Positions 51,092 to 64,000 of a stretch of DNA of 64,000 nt are shown piece after piece (the first letter of the stretch is position 1; each line of letters starts with the position of its first letter). This DNA is from Gnetum montanum (lineage: Eukaryota > Plantae > Gnetophyta). The stretch lies in contig MNCI01002984.1 in assembly GCA_015680685.1 (NCBI GenBank), positions 68,221-132,220 of the forward strand, written 5' to 3'. The notes below the pieces were generated by a model, which saw nothing but the letters and a program-made list of their open reading frames with translations, was not told the origin of the DNA and ran no database searches. A program made the translations under genes and the position numbers.

Positions 51092-54000
51092 GGTCATGTT
51101 GAAACCCGTCTTAATTGTGCTAGAAGTGGTAAGCATCCTATGCTACCTGAGTGAACTCGTGGCCAACATCCCTCCTCCCCATGCATAGGTGGGGCATCAG
51201 GCGATCTAGTTCCAGGAGGATGCTTGGGAGTTCCTAGAGTTCCTCCTTCGCTACTTTAGTGTGATTGTGTGGTCAGACTTGTTAGCTTAAACAACCACTG
51301 TTCTCATTGAAACATTGTTGCTCGGGGTAAACCAGGGCATCTTGAAGTTCATGGCTAACAAGTTGATTAAGGGCAAAGGGGCGAAAGGCTCAAGTCAGTG
51401 CCTGAGGGGCCTAAGATGCTTGAGTTGAATTTGGGACATGCCCGAATTCAAATTCTACCATAAATACAACATGTTATTTGTTGCCTGTCACATGGGCACC
51501 TACTTCCAGAACCCACCTAGGACTGTTTATTGTGCTGACAGGTGAGTCCTATGAAGATGTTTCAAACATGTTGTATTATTTGTCTTGCATGGTCAAAAAT
51601 GCTTAACGTACTTTGCATGTTACCAGGTTTGTGATTGACAAGGATGGTCTTCACGGTAACATGGATACATTGGTGTTGGCCCAAATAGCTTTGTAAGAGT
51701 TCTCCTCTACAGGGAATGTGCGTGGCAGTGTCATAAAACAACTTGGGCTTGATTTCAAAACCTACCCAACCAAGTATGCCAAGTTCTATTTGAAGTGTAA
51801 GGAGCTTCGCTGGTTGGATAGCGAATGGGACAACCATCGACCACTTACCATAGAAGATGTTTTGGTGGAAATTCCACCATTTCGTACACCATTCAAACCT
51901 GGTGTGTTAAGTTATGCATTTTTTTAATATGTGTTCAAGTAATTGACATTGCCTTTTCCTTCTTCTTTTTTTTTTGCTAATTTTATTGTTGATTGTTGCA
52001 GTAGCAAGCGAATCCCAAGAGGTTACAGTGATTACCTCTAGATGCGAGAAACCAACCTCTTCTTCAAGTATAGGGAGGTGGACAAGACTTAGCGTTGGCT
52101 TTGCAATGGGGTCCCAGCCATCTTTTTTCACAACATTTAGGAGGCTAGGCTCATGGATTTATTTTTGGCAATAAATCCAAGTGTCCCAGCCGCAGAAATG
52201 CTTTCCCTAGCTAATTCCTTTTCCAAAAAGGCTGACCGCTTTGGTACACAAGCTCACAATGTGCGAGTGGTGTTTGAAATTAATGACAAAATTTTTGTGG
52301 ATCTTTTGTGTTCCTTCTGATGGTCTACTTGTAAGGGAAAAGTTTAGCAAAGATGCAAACCATCAAGGGGATATCAAGGAATGGCTAGGGACAAGCAAGA
52401 ACTGAAAGGGGATTTATATTCATAAGGTCAAGCTAGTGGTGGCCCAAATGGTTTACCCCATCTTCTGGGCCCATGCCTTCCCCAAGCTACTCTTCCAAGG
52501 GAAGATCCTTGGAGTAGAGTAGGCTTGGACCATGAGGGAGGTCATGGAGAAAGGGACCCATTATAATTGGGCCAAGTACCTTTTTGAAGGCTTGCGTGCT
52601 GAAATGGTTAAGCTTCGTGAGAAGCTTAATGCATGTTTCAACGTTCACTACACCTTCTTCATAGCTTGCCTATGATGGTTTGTGAAATTCCTGGTGGTTC
52701 ATGAAAATGGCACCTGTGTACAGCAGGATCGTAACCAGATTTCCAAACCATGGATTTTCCAGGTGTTCCGCACCACCCGATCCCAAGACCCCCCCAAAAG
52801 CTATTGGGGAATCTCTTTCGATAACAATGAGGGATTGGGTGGCATAATCCTTTTGTGCCTGGGATAGCATTGGAGAGGTGCCTCCCATCAACATAGGTAA
52901 TGTGTTAAGGCAGGAATGTCTCATTGCAGAGATGGTGAAAACTAGGTTGCAACAGAAAAAATCTTGTCCAGTGGAAGAACCTCCCCATACTACTCAAGAA
53001 AGAGGGAGGAAGCTATGAATCAAGGTTCGCAAGGTGCAACCCATAGTTGGTAAGTATGCTTAACTGTTTGATTAGCGTAGCACAACGTAGCACCCATTTT
53101 GTATTGGAGTATCCTACTTATTTTGAACGTGTTTATCAGAAGAAGGAGAAGAAGAAGAGGTTTTGGCCCCTGAAGTAGGAGTGCCTACTATAGAGGAAGA
53201 AGAGGCCCCGATGGTAGAGGAGGAGGCCCCTGTCATAGAGGAAGAGGCCCCTACTACCATGATCCTTTTGCAAAGTGTGCCCCAGTACCTGAGGGGCATA
53301 TGACTATTGAGGATGCCACCATACTTTTGAGTCATCTAGAAGGAAAAGAACTACAATTCGATGTTGGTGAGTTTGATTGCTTACTTGACAATGTGTGGAT
53401 GGGTGATCCCCCTGCTATCACCCCTAAGGTTTGCTGGGTAGGAGCTTTGCACTATCATTTATATTATTTTTTAGTTTCATTTCCCTCCTCTTCCTCATTG
53501 CTAACTTGTTTTATTTTGTAGTGAACATCACTGTTGAGGCCCCTAATCCTTCTTCCTCGATCCACCTTCGACCATGGACAGGGACCCTCGATAAATTCAC
53601 CTTTATAGAGGGGGTGGTTGATGACATGATTGATCACCTAAGGCAGATCGATCCTGAGATAGGTATGTTGAGATCACTACATTAGGCTCTCTAAGTTGTT
53701 GCATTTTTTTTCTATGGTACTATGACTAATGCTCTCCCACGTGTGATTGAAAGCTTCTCATCTCAAGTGGGATCCTAGGTAGGCCATCGAGGTTGACATA
53801 GTGCTTGAACTTCCTCCAAAGGTAGTCAAGGTACCTCGTCATATATACAAGGAAATGAGTAAATGTGCATTATACTCGGCATGCTCCTTGTGGGAGTGTA
53901 GGTGTGTCAATGAGGATCTTTGGAAGAGGATAAAAAAACTTGAAAAAGAGAAGGCTAATCAAGCCGCTGAGTTGGAGGACCTCCAATCCATAAATGAATT

Positions 54001-54725
54001 TTTATTGGCCCATGACACTTGCCATGGCAATTGGCATATGGTTGTGATTGACTATGCAAGATACTAGATAGTCATACGAAGTAAGAATGAGGCCACGCAT
54101 GAGATCATAAAAAATGCATGTAGATGGACCTCCTAGCCCAGAAGAATCAAGACTGGAAGGACTATAGTGCAAAGGTGTACGAATGGGGGCAGGCACAAAA
54201 GAACCATAAGCACATGTACAAAATGGAACATGTCGTCTATCATAAACAATATCGGGATGCTTCCATTGAGTTGCATACCCATAAGCTATTCCTCGATGTC
54301 ATTGGTACTTCTAGGGCCTATGAAAAGTTCATGCAACCAGTGGCAGTTAGTGAGTCTCCCAAAAGGGAAATGACCTTACCTGCCGGGGAGACCACCATCG
54401 CCACCTTTTCCCCAGGATCGCCCAGATGGATAGCTATGGAGAAAGCGAAAGTTATGGCAAACATTAATCTGGGGGAGGAAAATTGGGCCAACCTCACCGA
54501 GGAGGAGATCCTACAACATCTAGCAGTTGAGATGGATAAGATACCTTTCGAAATGGACGCTAGGCCATCTTAGGTTAGTCATTCTTTATTGTGTTACCGT
54601 TGATTTTATGAGAGCCTTATCATAGTTTTGATTTATTATTTTATTTTTTCTGTCTTGTGTAGGATCCAAATGGAGATGCAGGACCCAGTGGAATAGGAAA
54701 TGGTGATGCTGACAAATACTTATAG
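51092..54725 (+). pseudogene. Antisense multi-exon accessory gene of outer Tat (homologue of 38728-42485)
   Basis: Exons about 51092-51541, 51627-51901, 52002-53049, 53140-53437 (end uncertain), 53522-53662, 53754-54573, 54663-54725; TACTAAC branch point at 51064. Confidence 0.85.
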
Positions 54726-54889
54726 CGTGGCAGCGAAAGATTTTTATTTTTGTTTTTTGATTTAAATTTTTGCAAACATTATTGTATGGACTGAAATTTG
54801 ATGAAGAACATAATGTGAAACAATTCATTTCATTTTGGTTAATCTGTTATTATTATTTTTAATGTGTTTGGGCCCCTTGAGGGCCTCTT

Positions 54890-55105
54890 GTTTTAGTTTT
54901 AGGCCATTTTAGGCTGCGGAAATAGTTTAAGGCTATTTCGGGTCATTGCTTAATTTTTTTTAAAATTTTGTCTATTTTTGAGAAGTGGAGTTGCTATTTT
55001 TAGGCCTTAGCAGGCCACAATGGTAGTTTAAGGTCATTCCGAGCCATCGCTAGTTTTAGGTCATTTTGGATCATTGTAATAGTTTAAGGTCATTTTGGGT
55101 CAGCC
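54890..55105. repeat. TAGTTT(T/A)AGG(C/T)CATTTTGG motif array between the antisense gene and protease
   Basis: About 6 copies; 2 copies at the equivalent site 42647-42700. Confidence 0.8.
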
Positions 55106-55169
55106 GGTAGATAATTAATGCATGCACAACCCTGATGTAAACGGTGTACATAGTGTAAATAGTAGACAC

Positions 55170-55310
55170 GATGCGAATGCGAACAGTAGACATGATGCAA
55201 AAAATTACAACAATGTAAACAATGATCGTAATGTCAAAAATGAACATAATGCAAATAGTGAACATGATGCTAAAAATGAACATAATGCAAATAGTGAACA
55301 TGATGCGAAA
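55170..55310. repeat. 18/36-bp minisatellite (AATGAACATAATGCAAATAGTGAACATGATGC..)
   Basis: Near-perfect 36-bp duplication at 55239-55310 with degenerate 18-mers upstream. Confidence 0.8.
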
Positions 55311-55376
55311 ATTAAGATGGAAGGAGATAAAAAATGTTAAAACCAAGCCGTTATGGAATTGAATTAGAGGTAATCT

Positions 55377-58300
55377 CTAATTATGCAGTTGTTTCCTAAC
55401 CCATCGTGGGCTAGGAGAAGCATATGACCAAAAGGCTTTGTTGTGGTATTCTTCTATGTCGTTATCTACTGTCTGAAAAGGCAACTCAGCCCACGTAGTT
55501 TCTTTATCTGAGTCAGAATTTTTGTCCCACTTATCAGTCAAGAAAAGGGTTTCAGCATGAACAGACGCTTTGTTCTTAGAGATTACTCCATGTCAACGTT
55601 GTTTATGGCTTGGGAAGTCGCTTCATCACTGTAGATCACCACTTCCATGCCCGTGTAGGGTAGGTGGATCTCTTGATGTATTAGTGAAGAGAAAACTCTT
55701 AATTGGGCTAACCATGACCTCCCCAAGTTTAGGTTGAACTTGGGCATCTCTTCCACCACAATGAACACTGTGCTTGTGGGGAATTGGTCCCCTACCACAA
55801 AGTTAATGTGGACAGTTCCCTTTACCACCACATGCTTCCCATTGAACAATTTTAGGTAAGACGTTACCGTGGGTTTGATTTGATCGACCAAGCCCAATTT
55901 GTCCACTATGGGAAATGGAATGACATTGGTAGTAGCCCCGTCATCAACACGTACCCTTCAATTCTTGTACTGGCCTACCCAAATTGTGATGAACATGGGT
56001 GTCATTGTCACCTAACCCTTTTTAGGGTCATCCTTAATGGACTTATTATGAAATGTCAAGTGTGCTGGTTGCGATTCTTTAGCTGTAGAGGAAAGCATGA
56101 CAATGTGGATTTCTTTCTCTTTGGCTAACATGTTTTTATCAATAGGGATAGATGTTAACATGCGAACCATGGCCTCACGATGCGCCATGGAAGTCATTAT
56201 CAAGTCATATAGGCTTAAAGTTGTGTTTTTCTACTTTAGGGCTTGTTTGACTTGTGTAAGGGCATTGAGAAAGTCCTGCCTACCATCTTGTCATTTGCTA
56301 ACCCTTTCCTCCTCTATTCATCTTAAAGAAGAATCTCTTGAGGGGGAGTGATTTTGGGCTGGCTAACCAGCTTTTTTGGCTCAGCGGGCATCGATTTTGT
56401 ATGTACGTTGCCACCAATAGTTGATGAAGAAGAGGTCATAGGGACTACAGATAAGTGGGTACACTTAGGAGGACCTAGCATAGTGTGTTCCCTAGCCATC
56501 TTGTCTACTAAATGTTCTTCATGCTTTTTTGGACAAGGAGGCTGTGGTGCAATTTTTGTTGCCTGGCTTTGGGTGGTAGAGGAGCTTGGATGTTTTGGCA
56601 CCTTAATGAAAAATGGTGCTTGTTGTATTAGCGCAGGTGGCGGTGCAACTCTGAGCACAAAGGGTGAGGTGGATGTCTGACGAGGAACTTTAAAGACAAA
56701 CAAGGCTTACGATGTTGTTGTTTTTTGGCATTTCTGCATTACGAGGAGGCACATGCATCACGAATGGTTACTGTGATGGTTCTGCATTACTATCAATGCT
56801 AATAACGTTGATTGTATAACTAGCATTGTTAGCATTGAAGGGCTCTTTGTAAACTTCCAGCGATTGATTTTTAGATTGAACGGGACTACTTTCTTCCAGG
56901 ACCAACTTGCTTGGATTGATCATGCATTGAATATCATCTTTCAATGCTAAACAGTAGTTTATATCATGACCACACAGTTGGTGATAGTCATAGAAACATT
57001 CTAGCTTGAAATTCTTTGGGACTGGAGGTTCATTGGGCATAGGCAAGGAGGGGTTTCTAAGAACTTTGCAGTACCTTTGATGGCATTTGATAGCCTCCTC
57101 GAACATCCATTTGTGTTATATACACCTGGCTCCCAATAGTTGCTTCAAAAGTTTTGAAGGCTTAATGGGTAAGGGGGTATACTTGAAGTGATATTTACAC
57201 TCAAAGTTGGGCCTTGACTGCGTTGGTGCCACAGGTGTTGATGTTGAGGACTATCCTATGTTACTGGAGCCAAGTGTGGCATTAGCAGGAGTGTTGGGTG
57301 TTGTAGCAGCTTTTTTGTTATTGTTGTTATTGGGCTTGGTTTGCTTGGCCATAGTAGCCACTGTTGTTGCTATGGCCTTACCCTTCTCTTTATCTTTCTT
57401 AATGTGTGCATTTTTATAATTAACATAGGTTAGATCCCTACTGACTTCGGCTGCATCCTGAATGCTCTTGATCTAAGAAAAGGCTTGGCTGAGGGAATGT
57501 GGGGCTAGGTAGTAGATTTTAGACTTAATAAAGTCATTAACCACACCCTTAAATATGGCCAGAAAGTGGGCATCAGCAATCGGCTCACATATCTCGTTCA
57601 AGGTTGTGCTCCACTGCTGTATGAATCTATGCACAAATTCTAGCAGGTCCTACTTAACACTCATGAGCTAGTCCAATGTGACCTCTGATTTCAAGTTGTA
57701 CTTAAAACAAGTCATGAATTAACTCAACAGCTCTTCCAAGGTTGAAATGGAGGTGCGTGGAAGTGCATGGTACTAGTCCAAAGCTTTGCCCATTAGAGAC
57801 ATGACAAAGACACAAATGATGGTGTGAGGCCATGGTTGCATCAATAGGGATTCAGACCTCAAGGGCACCAAATGTGGATTGGGATCACCCTCCACATTGT
57901 ATTTTGTAAATTGGGGGAGTGGCACCCCAGGGGGCAAAGTAAGCATAAGGATAGCTAGGCTGATAGGGTCATCATGGTAAAAGTCCATGACCTGCACAGT
58001 TTTAGAACCAGTGGCTTTAAGCCATTTGAATTCTTCAGTGAGGGTCTAGATGAGTTGGAAAGCTTGATCCAGACCTAAGGACGTTGCAGACGATTTTGGG
58101 GCTGGTTGAGCAGCCATCATGGGTGATGCTGTTGGGGTGGTGGCCTATCCCATGGGAGGCACAGTCGAGGCCACTCCAGCAAGTGGTGTTGCTTAGGCAA
58201 TCCACCACCCAGTGGGTGGTGATGTTGCTACGACAGCCGTTGGTGGTGCCATGGGGTTGGCTACTTGCCTGGTTAGCAGGGCGGCCCATAGCCTTGTGTT

Positions 58301-59172
58301 TGGTTGCACCACCTGCGGAACTTGGTATGCTTAGGGTTGAACATAATGTAACATCTAAGAGGGTTGAGCAGTATGGAGAGAAGTGAATGGCACCCACCAT
58401 GCGGTTGAGAGTGGGTCTACTACTGGTGGTGGGACAGATGCAGAAAGGAAATAGGAGCAAAACTCATGTGCAGTTGTGACGTAGGCACAGTGTGTACATA
58501 TGGCAGCATAGCCATGACTAACATTGAGTACGATGCCGAAATAGATTGGGAATGGAGAGGGATTGGAAACAAAGTTGAAGGGATTGTGTGTTGATAGGTT
58601 GAAAACATGGGATGGCTACCCATCACTAAAGAGGGTGTGGGCTGTGGAAGGATTGTCACGACAACGAAGGGGGTAGAAGAAAAGAATAGGTTTGACTAGA
58701 AGATAGCGGTGGAAGGGATAGCTATGGTGTAGATCTAGCCACCACCTTTGGAGTGGAAGTCCAAGTCTTCCTACCCATCCTGAAATGCTTCATCATAGTG
58801 GAACGTTGTGTACCATTCCCTAGACCTACTCACTCACATCAGTTGGCTTAACACCCATTTATACGCTTCAGTTAGCAGGATGGTGAAATCAGGAGCAGGG
58901 ATGAACTCCTTCTTGTTCCGGTGGAGGAACTCAAATTTACATTTATCCTCAAGTTCTTGGCCGTCTAAGGGTAGATTCACTTGGAATTTTGCATAGAGGA
59001 AATCATATTTCTCTACGTCTTGCACCAAACGCTCAGGTGACAGGTGCTACAACCTAAGGGACTATCATTGTTTCAACACTGGGCTGGGTGGTCGCTCGGG
59101 ACTTGTCACATGTTGGACAAAGTAGGGGACCTCTAGGTCTGAGGTGGGAACTATAGTAGTCACAGGAATCAT
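55377..59172 (-). pseudogene. gag-protease of outer Tat, degenerate
   Basis: FTKYNVEGDPNPHL..SLMGKALD, YDYHQLCGHDINYC, VDDGATTN..FNLNLGRSWLAQL; colinear with 42807-48266. Confidence 0.92.
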
Positions 59173-59521
59173 TTTTTGTTGTAAAAGGAAAACTATAGAA
59201 AAGAGAGAGGCTAAAAAAAGGTATGTTGGGGAGTATCGGACGCTGGCTTCCTTCACTATTACGCCTACTATGCTAAGCAGGACTGGTATGCTAAGAGCTT
59301 TACTACACCACACAAGACATAGGTAGCGTAGCGTAGTCAACAAAGTGAGCATGATATAGTGAGAAATTGGAGGCTTTCGTCCTGTTAGGTTCTAGAGGAA
59401 CCGTCGTTGCGACCAGTCTACACCACTCGGTGCATAGACAACCACAAGGGTGTCATGTCTACGCTAGTAGGTAATAGGGTATAGAGAGCATGCAGGATTA
59501 CCCATGAAGCAAGGAAGGGAT

Positions 59522-59539
59522 GCCCTCCTTCTAGCACCA
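59522..59539 (-). promoter_or_regulatory. PBS of outer Tat element
   Basis: TGGTGCTAGAAGGAGGGC immediately inside the 5' LTR. Confidence 0.85.
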
Positions 59540-59544
59540 AAAGC

Positions 59545-61869
59545 TATAGTGATTGAAAATGTCGATGGTTGGAACACCGAGAGGTTACCAGGTGTACAGT
59601 CTAACCTTGGATCCGCAGGGCCTTGTTGGAGAAAAACAAAAATGGGGTGCCCTGAACGGTCTGGTCGATTAGATAGGGACTTAATCGATGTACAATAACC
59701 TTTTGTAAACAAATTTTTTAGAGATGTTATGTGTAATTTAAGCGATGAATGTAAGCTGATAAGCAATGATGCAAAATATGGTGATAGCAAAAAAAAATGA
59801 AATAGGCTTGAGTGAGAGAGTGCACTGCCCCAAGATTGATGGATTTGATCTTTGTTTGGCTAAAGGTGTATAAATAAGATGCAGTGTGGACAAGCACAAC
59901 TTACAACAAAGTGGGTATGATCACAGCTCCTTGAACTATTGTCAACAGCTTGCTAACAAGAACTAGTGAGTCGGTGTTTGCTGGGCTAGAAGGGATATGG
60001 AAAGTGTTGCTACTGGGGTTTGCTATTTGTCAACCCTATGCTTGCCAATCTCTTTGTCAAAGCTAATCGCCAGAAAGCCAAAATGCCAAAATGATGATCT
60101 TTGAGGCCAACTGCAAAGAAGGTGATTCTCAAAGCCAAAAATTCCAAAAGCCAACCTTAAAAGATAGCCATAGGAAAGATGATTTCAAAAGCCAACCCCT
60201 TGAACATTGTTCACTGGGGTATTTATAAAGCTAGATGTGGGAGAAAAACATGGTTTGGATGCCACATGTCTTGGGTCCCACAGAGTGCAAACATGACTGT
60301 GTTATGCTACTGTGTAATGTTGAATGTGAAACCTGCTATGTTGTGACCATACCATTCAAGTTGCTTGTGCCAGAATCTAGGGAACTACCATGTTTGTTAC
60401 AAAGAATGCCATCAATGAATGCAAAGTGGAGCTTGTGCTCTAGGACTACGTCTTTCCTACTCTTACAAGCAGGGTCAAGTGTAGGAACAACTTTGGGAGT
60501 AATCAGGGAGGTTGCAAAACAAAGTAAACTTAATGATTTTGTCTATTGAAGAAATGTTGGGATGAGAGTGACCATTGCCAACAAGTTCTAGAGCTAACCT
60601 GAGACATCTTGATGCTTTCATGCAAGTGTTACACTACTTACACTACCCAGCATATTGGCGTAGCATAAACACCTACACGCTACGTTGCGCTACGCTACCT
60701 AGCGCAGGGTAGCGTAGTTGCCAGTCCTAAGAGAAATTTTTTCCAAAAGCTGAAAATATCTATCTGAGGCCTAGCTAGGCAAGTAACTTCTACAATTCAT
60801 AACCTTTCCATCTATGTTGAAAGGTCCTGGGACTTGTGGAGTTCATCCTTGGGACATTTCCTTGCTTTGTGTCTCTGCTACGCTATGCTACGCTATGTAG
60901 CATAGTACAGTATAGTAGCCAATGTGACATCCATCCTTGCTTAATTTACAATGATTTGTTGAGAAATTTTGCTTGGAACCTAAGGGCGAAGTGGGACAGG
61001 TAGTCTTAAAGGTCGAGGTATGTCAAGTGCAATTCCTTTGCTAGGACCACTTGTCAGAGGACCTTCATGCATTCTGACCCTACTACGCTACATAGCATAG
61101 CATAGCATAGCACCCAGTTTGGCTCGAATCTTGTCTCATTTTGTAAACATTCTATCATGACATGTCAATCATGTCTTGGCATTGCTACAAGAAAAGCATG
61201 TTTGATGGTTAAGGCATGGGCAAATATGCTTATTCCATTAGAGCAATCTAAGTAGGAGTATTGTCATAGTACATCCCTACTACGCTACATAGTGTAGCAC
61301 AGGGTAGCACTCAGATTGAGATGATTTTTGGTAAAAATTGCCACATTTTGTTGCATCATGTTGCTCATGCATCAAGGATGAAGTGGGGCAAATATCCCAA
61401 AGGACTGAGTCATTGTCAATCTACATCTTGAGTGCCTGATCAATCTTCTCAAGGCCTACTACGCTGTGCAGCGTAGCATAGCATAGCAAGCTTCTGCGAT
61501 TAGAAAACTTGTCGAACACCTTCAACAACTCCTAGCATGGTCCTTGGGTAGACTCTCAATCAGGTCAAGTGTCAAGCTAGGTAAGCTAGAGGGCGTAGTA
61601 AACCTATTAGCCCAGGAGATAGATAATTTTCTGGACTGTATGATCTACCCCTGGTGCCTCTTTCATGTAAAATGGCCTTGTGGCTGGGTGCTACGTTGAC
61701 TATGCTACAAAGGTTGGCAGGCAAGCTTGGAAGCAACATTACAAGCATTAGGACTTCCGAGGTGCCATATTGTCTGCATAGTCCAATGTAACACCATGCT
61801 TGTAGAGATCCTTGCCCAAATTTCAAGACTGTGCTGAATCATTAGAGTCTTGAAATTTATGGTATTTCA
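59545..61869 (-). repeat. 5' LTR of outer Tat element
   Basis: Colinear with 24417-26752; followed by TSD GACAG. Confidence 0.96.
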
Positions 61870-63620
61870 GACAGCACAACAAGAGACATCAAGCCCTGAA
61901 ACAAATGGTCACAAGAAGAACGAGATAATTTCATGCATGACTCAAAAGCTAAAAATTGTTTATATTGTGCATTAAATAAATTTGAATTTAATAGAGTAGT
62001 TGGATGCAAAATGGCCAAAGAAATTTGGGAAACATTAGATGCTACATATGAGGGAACTTCAATAGTTAAATAATCTAAATTGTTAGTTTTACAAAGTGAG
62101 TATGATAAGCTTAAAAGGAGAGAAGATGAGAAAATAGAAGATTACTTCTGTAGAGTAAATGGTCACATTGTGGCCCTTAGAGGTACTAGTAAAGATTTTC
62201 TGGAAAGTGACGTTATTATAAAAATGATTAGAACTTTATAGCCAAAATTTAGACCAAAGGTAACTACAATGGAAGAAATTAGGAATTTTTCTAAACTTAA
62301 ATTTGAAGAGCTTCAAAGTGCTTTCATTGCTTATGAAATGAATCTCATAAGTGAAGGGGCAATTCAAGAAAAACTCATTGCTCTAAAAATAGCTTCAAAG
62401 GAGAAAGAACTTGTAGATGAGGATAGTGAAGAGGAGATAGCCCTTCTCTTAAGAAAGTTACAAAGACTTATAGCAAAGAGGGGTAAGAACTTCAATCAGT
62501 AGAGATCAAATCCATTCAAAGATAAAGAGAGAGGTAAAAATATTTCAAGTTCTAATTTTGGTTATTCTTCTAAAGAATGTTGGATTTATGGTGGAAAAGG
62601 CCATATGGCCTTTGAATGTCCTAGTAATGGCAGGTTACGACAAATGAATAGATCAAACGAAGAGATGAAAAAGACCAACTTCTACACATGTTGGGATGAT
62701 GGAAAGCAAAGTGAAGAAGAGGTAGAGGATGATGAGAAAAATTCACCTCATATTTGTAGGGCACTCACTAATGATGATGGTAACACCTTAGATGATAAAC
62801 TCAATGAGGAAGAAAGGTTTGATTTGTTATGTATTGAGCTATTATCATTTCAAAATCTCTATAATAAGTTTAATAAGGAAGTTAGAATAAAGGATAAATA
62901 AATCTCTTTATTGAATTCAAAAATTTCTAATCTTACCAAATAATTCTCAAACTTAAGGGTTGAGAATGAAAAACTAATCTTGTCTTATAAGTAGGCTAAA
63001 GTAGAAATTGTAAATCTCAAACTTTAGAATTAAAGGCTAGTGAAGGGAAACGAATTCCTTCGGATGGTATTAAAAAAGGAAGAAGTCCACATCATAAGAG
63101 TGGGCTGGGATGTTGTAAAAAAGATGAGTCACCTAGGTCAGTCCCATCTCAACTGAATGCTACTACAAAGAACAACACCACTACATCTTGATTAGAAGAA
63201 GCTTCCATCTGTAAAAAGGATCCTCAAAGGTTTGATCATTCCAATCATTCTTACTACAATAGGATGGTTAGATGCTATTATTGTCATAAATTTGAACATA
63301 AGCAATGGAAATGTAACTTAAAATTCTATCATTTAAATAGATAGTCATACCATATGAATCCTTGGTCTTACCAAAATGTACTAGGAAGGGAATTTATGCG
63401 GGACCAAAGGAGGAATTGGACTACTCAAAAAACCAAGGGGGTTAAGAAAGAATGGAGAGTTAAAAGGAGGGAATAAGAAAATGTGGAGACCTATAACAAA
63501 TTTATGAGAGTGAGCCAAGCCTTGGAGATAGAGGAAGTTTGTGCAAAATAAGAAACTGTGAAAGAGGAATCTCATTCTCTAGCACTATAAGCACTCCCAT
63601 TCCCTTCAACAAGAAAAGGT
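61870..63620 (+). pseudogene. SIRE gag, remainder (UBN2, two zinc knuckles, coiled coil)
   Basis: KAKNCLYCALNKFEFNRV..IWETLDATYEGT, CWIYGGKGHMAFEC, CYYCHKFEHKQWKC; no protease follows. Confidence 0.9.
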
Positions 63621-64000
63621 ATGTAGAGGTAAGTTTTCTTTTAATAATGTGTACCTTCTAAGACTATAGTCCTTGGTAGCCTTTTCAAAATCCCATCATG
63701 TTGAGCCTCATCTAGATGAAATTTCTTCCTAAAGACATCTACTAGGAGACATCTACTCTTGCTAAGAGATGTCTGCATGAAGATGTCTACTTGTCATCTC
63801 CGACAACATGGCAGAGACATCTATTGTAAAAAGAAGACATCTACCTTGATTTTTAATCATGGAGGAGATGTTTATCTTCTAGTATAAATTTCTTCTTTCT
63901 AGTTAAAAATACTTTGTTCAGTGTTGCTATAAAAGTTAAAACCCTCATTGCTTATCTTGTTCTTTGAAGATGATCTCATAGAGACAACTAGGGCTCCACC

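Larger units (their letters stand above)
24417..61869 (-). mobile_element. Ty3/gypsy Tat-clade (Ogre/Retand-like) LTR retrotransposon, outer element, TSD GACAG
   Basis: LTR pair 24417-26752 and 59545-61869; GACAG at 24412-24416 and 61870-61874; order gag-PR-(spacer)-RT-RH-aRH-INT. Confidence 0.96.
23010..64000 (+). mobile_element. SIRE-like element 2 (same family as 3544-10326), split by the Tat insertion; continues past window end
   Basis: 5' LTR 23010-24218, PBS 24221-24232, gag reads GYTSPIDS|TTRDIKP across the insertion. Confidence 0.9.

Noticed and set aside
55071-55346. N/H-rich ORF and its hydrophobic antisense ORF
   Set aside because: Translation of an 18/36-bp minisatellite; absent from the inner element

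Overview
Plant-type nuclear repeat region with no host gene, made of nested, decayed retroelements. (1) 1-3226: 5' half of a Ty1/copia (Tnt1/Tork-like) element on the minus strand. (2) 3544-10326: pol-less Sirevirus-like (SIRE) copia element on the minus strand, with gag and a second 'env-like' ORF. (3) About 10327-16560: old plus-strand Tat remnant whose LTR is interrupted by an RTE LINE. (4) 20094-20592: SIRE solo LTR with TSD GAAGA and an internal hairpin. (5) 23010 to the window end: second SIRE element on the plus strand, whose gag is split by (6) a 37.5-kb Ty3/gypsy Tat/Ogre-type element (24417-61869, minus strand, TSD GACAG). That element contains (7) a second, diverged Tat element (32165-50976), which in turn carries (8) a solo LTR (43479-45126, TSD GTGTT). 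The main discovery is that both Tat elements carry, between protease and RT, an antisense gene with at least 7 coding exons (about 1000 aa) and conserved GT-AG splice positions and phases. Its first coding exon resembles an FCP1/NIF-type HAD (Pol II CTD) phosphatase domain with a degenerate active site. It is followed by a plant-transposon/PMD-like domain, an acidic linker and a coiled coil. The gene appears to sit inside a long sense-strand intron of gag-pol, flanked by arrays of a short motif. All domain assignments come from manual translation and motif recognition, not from database searches.
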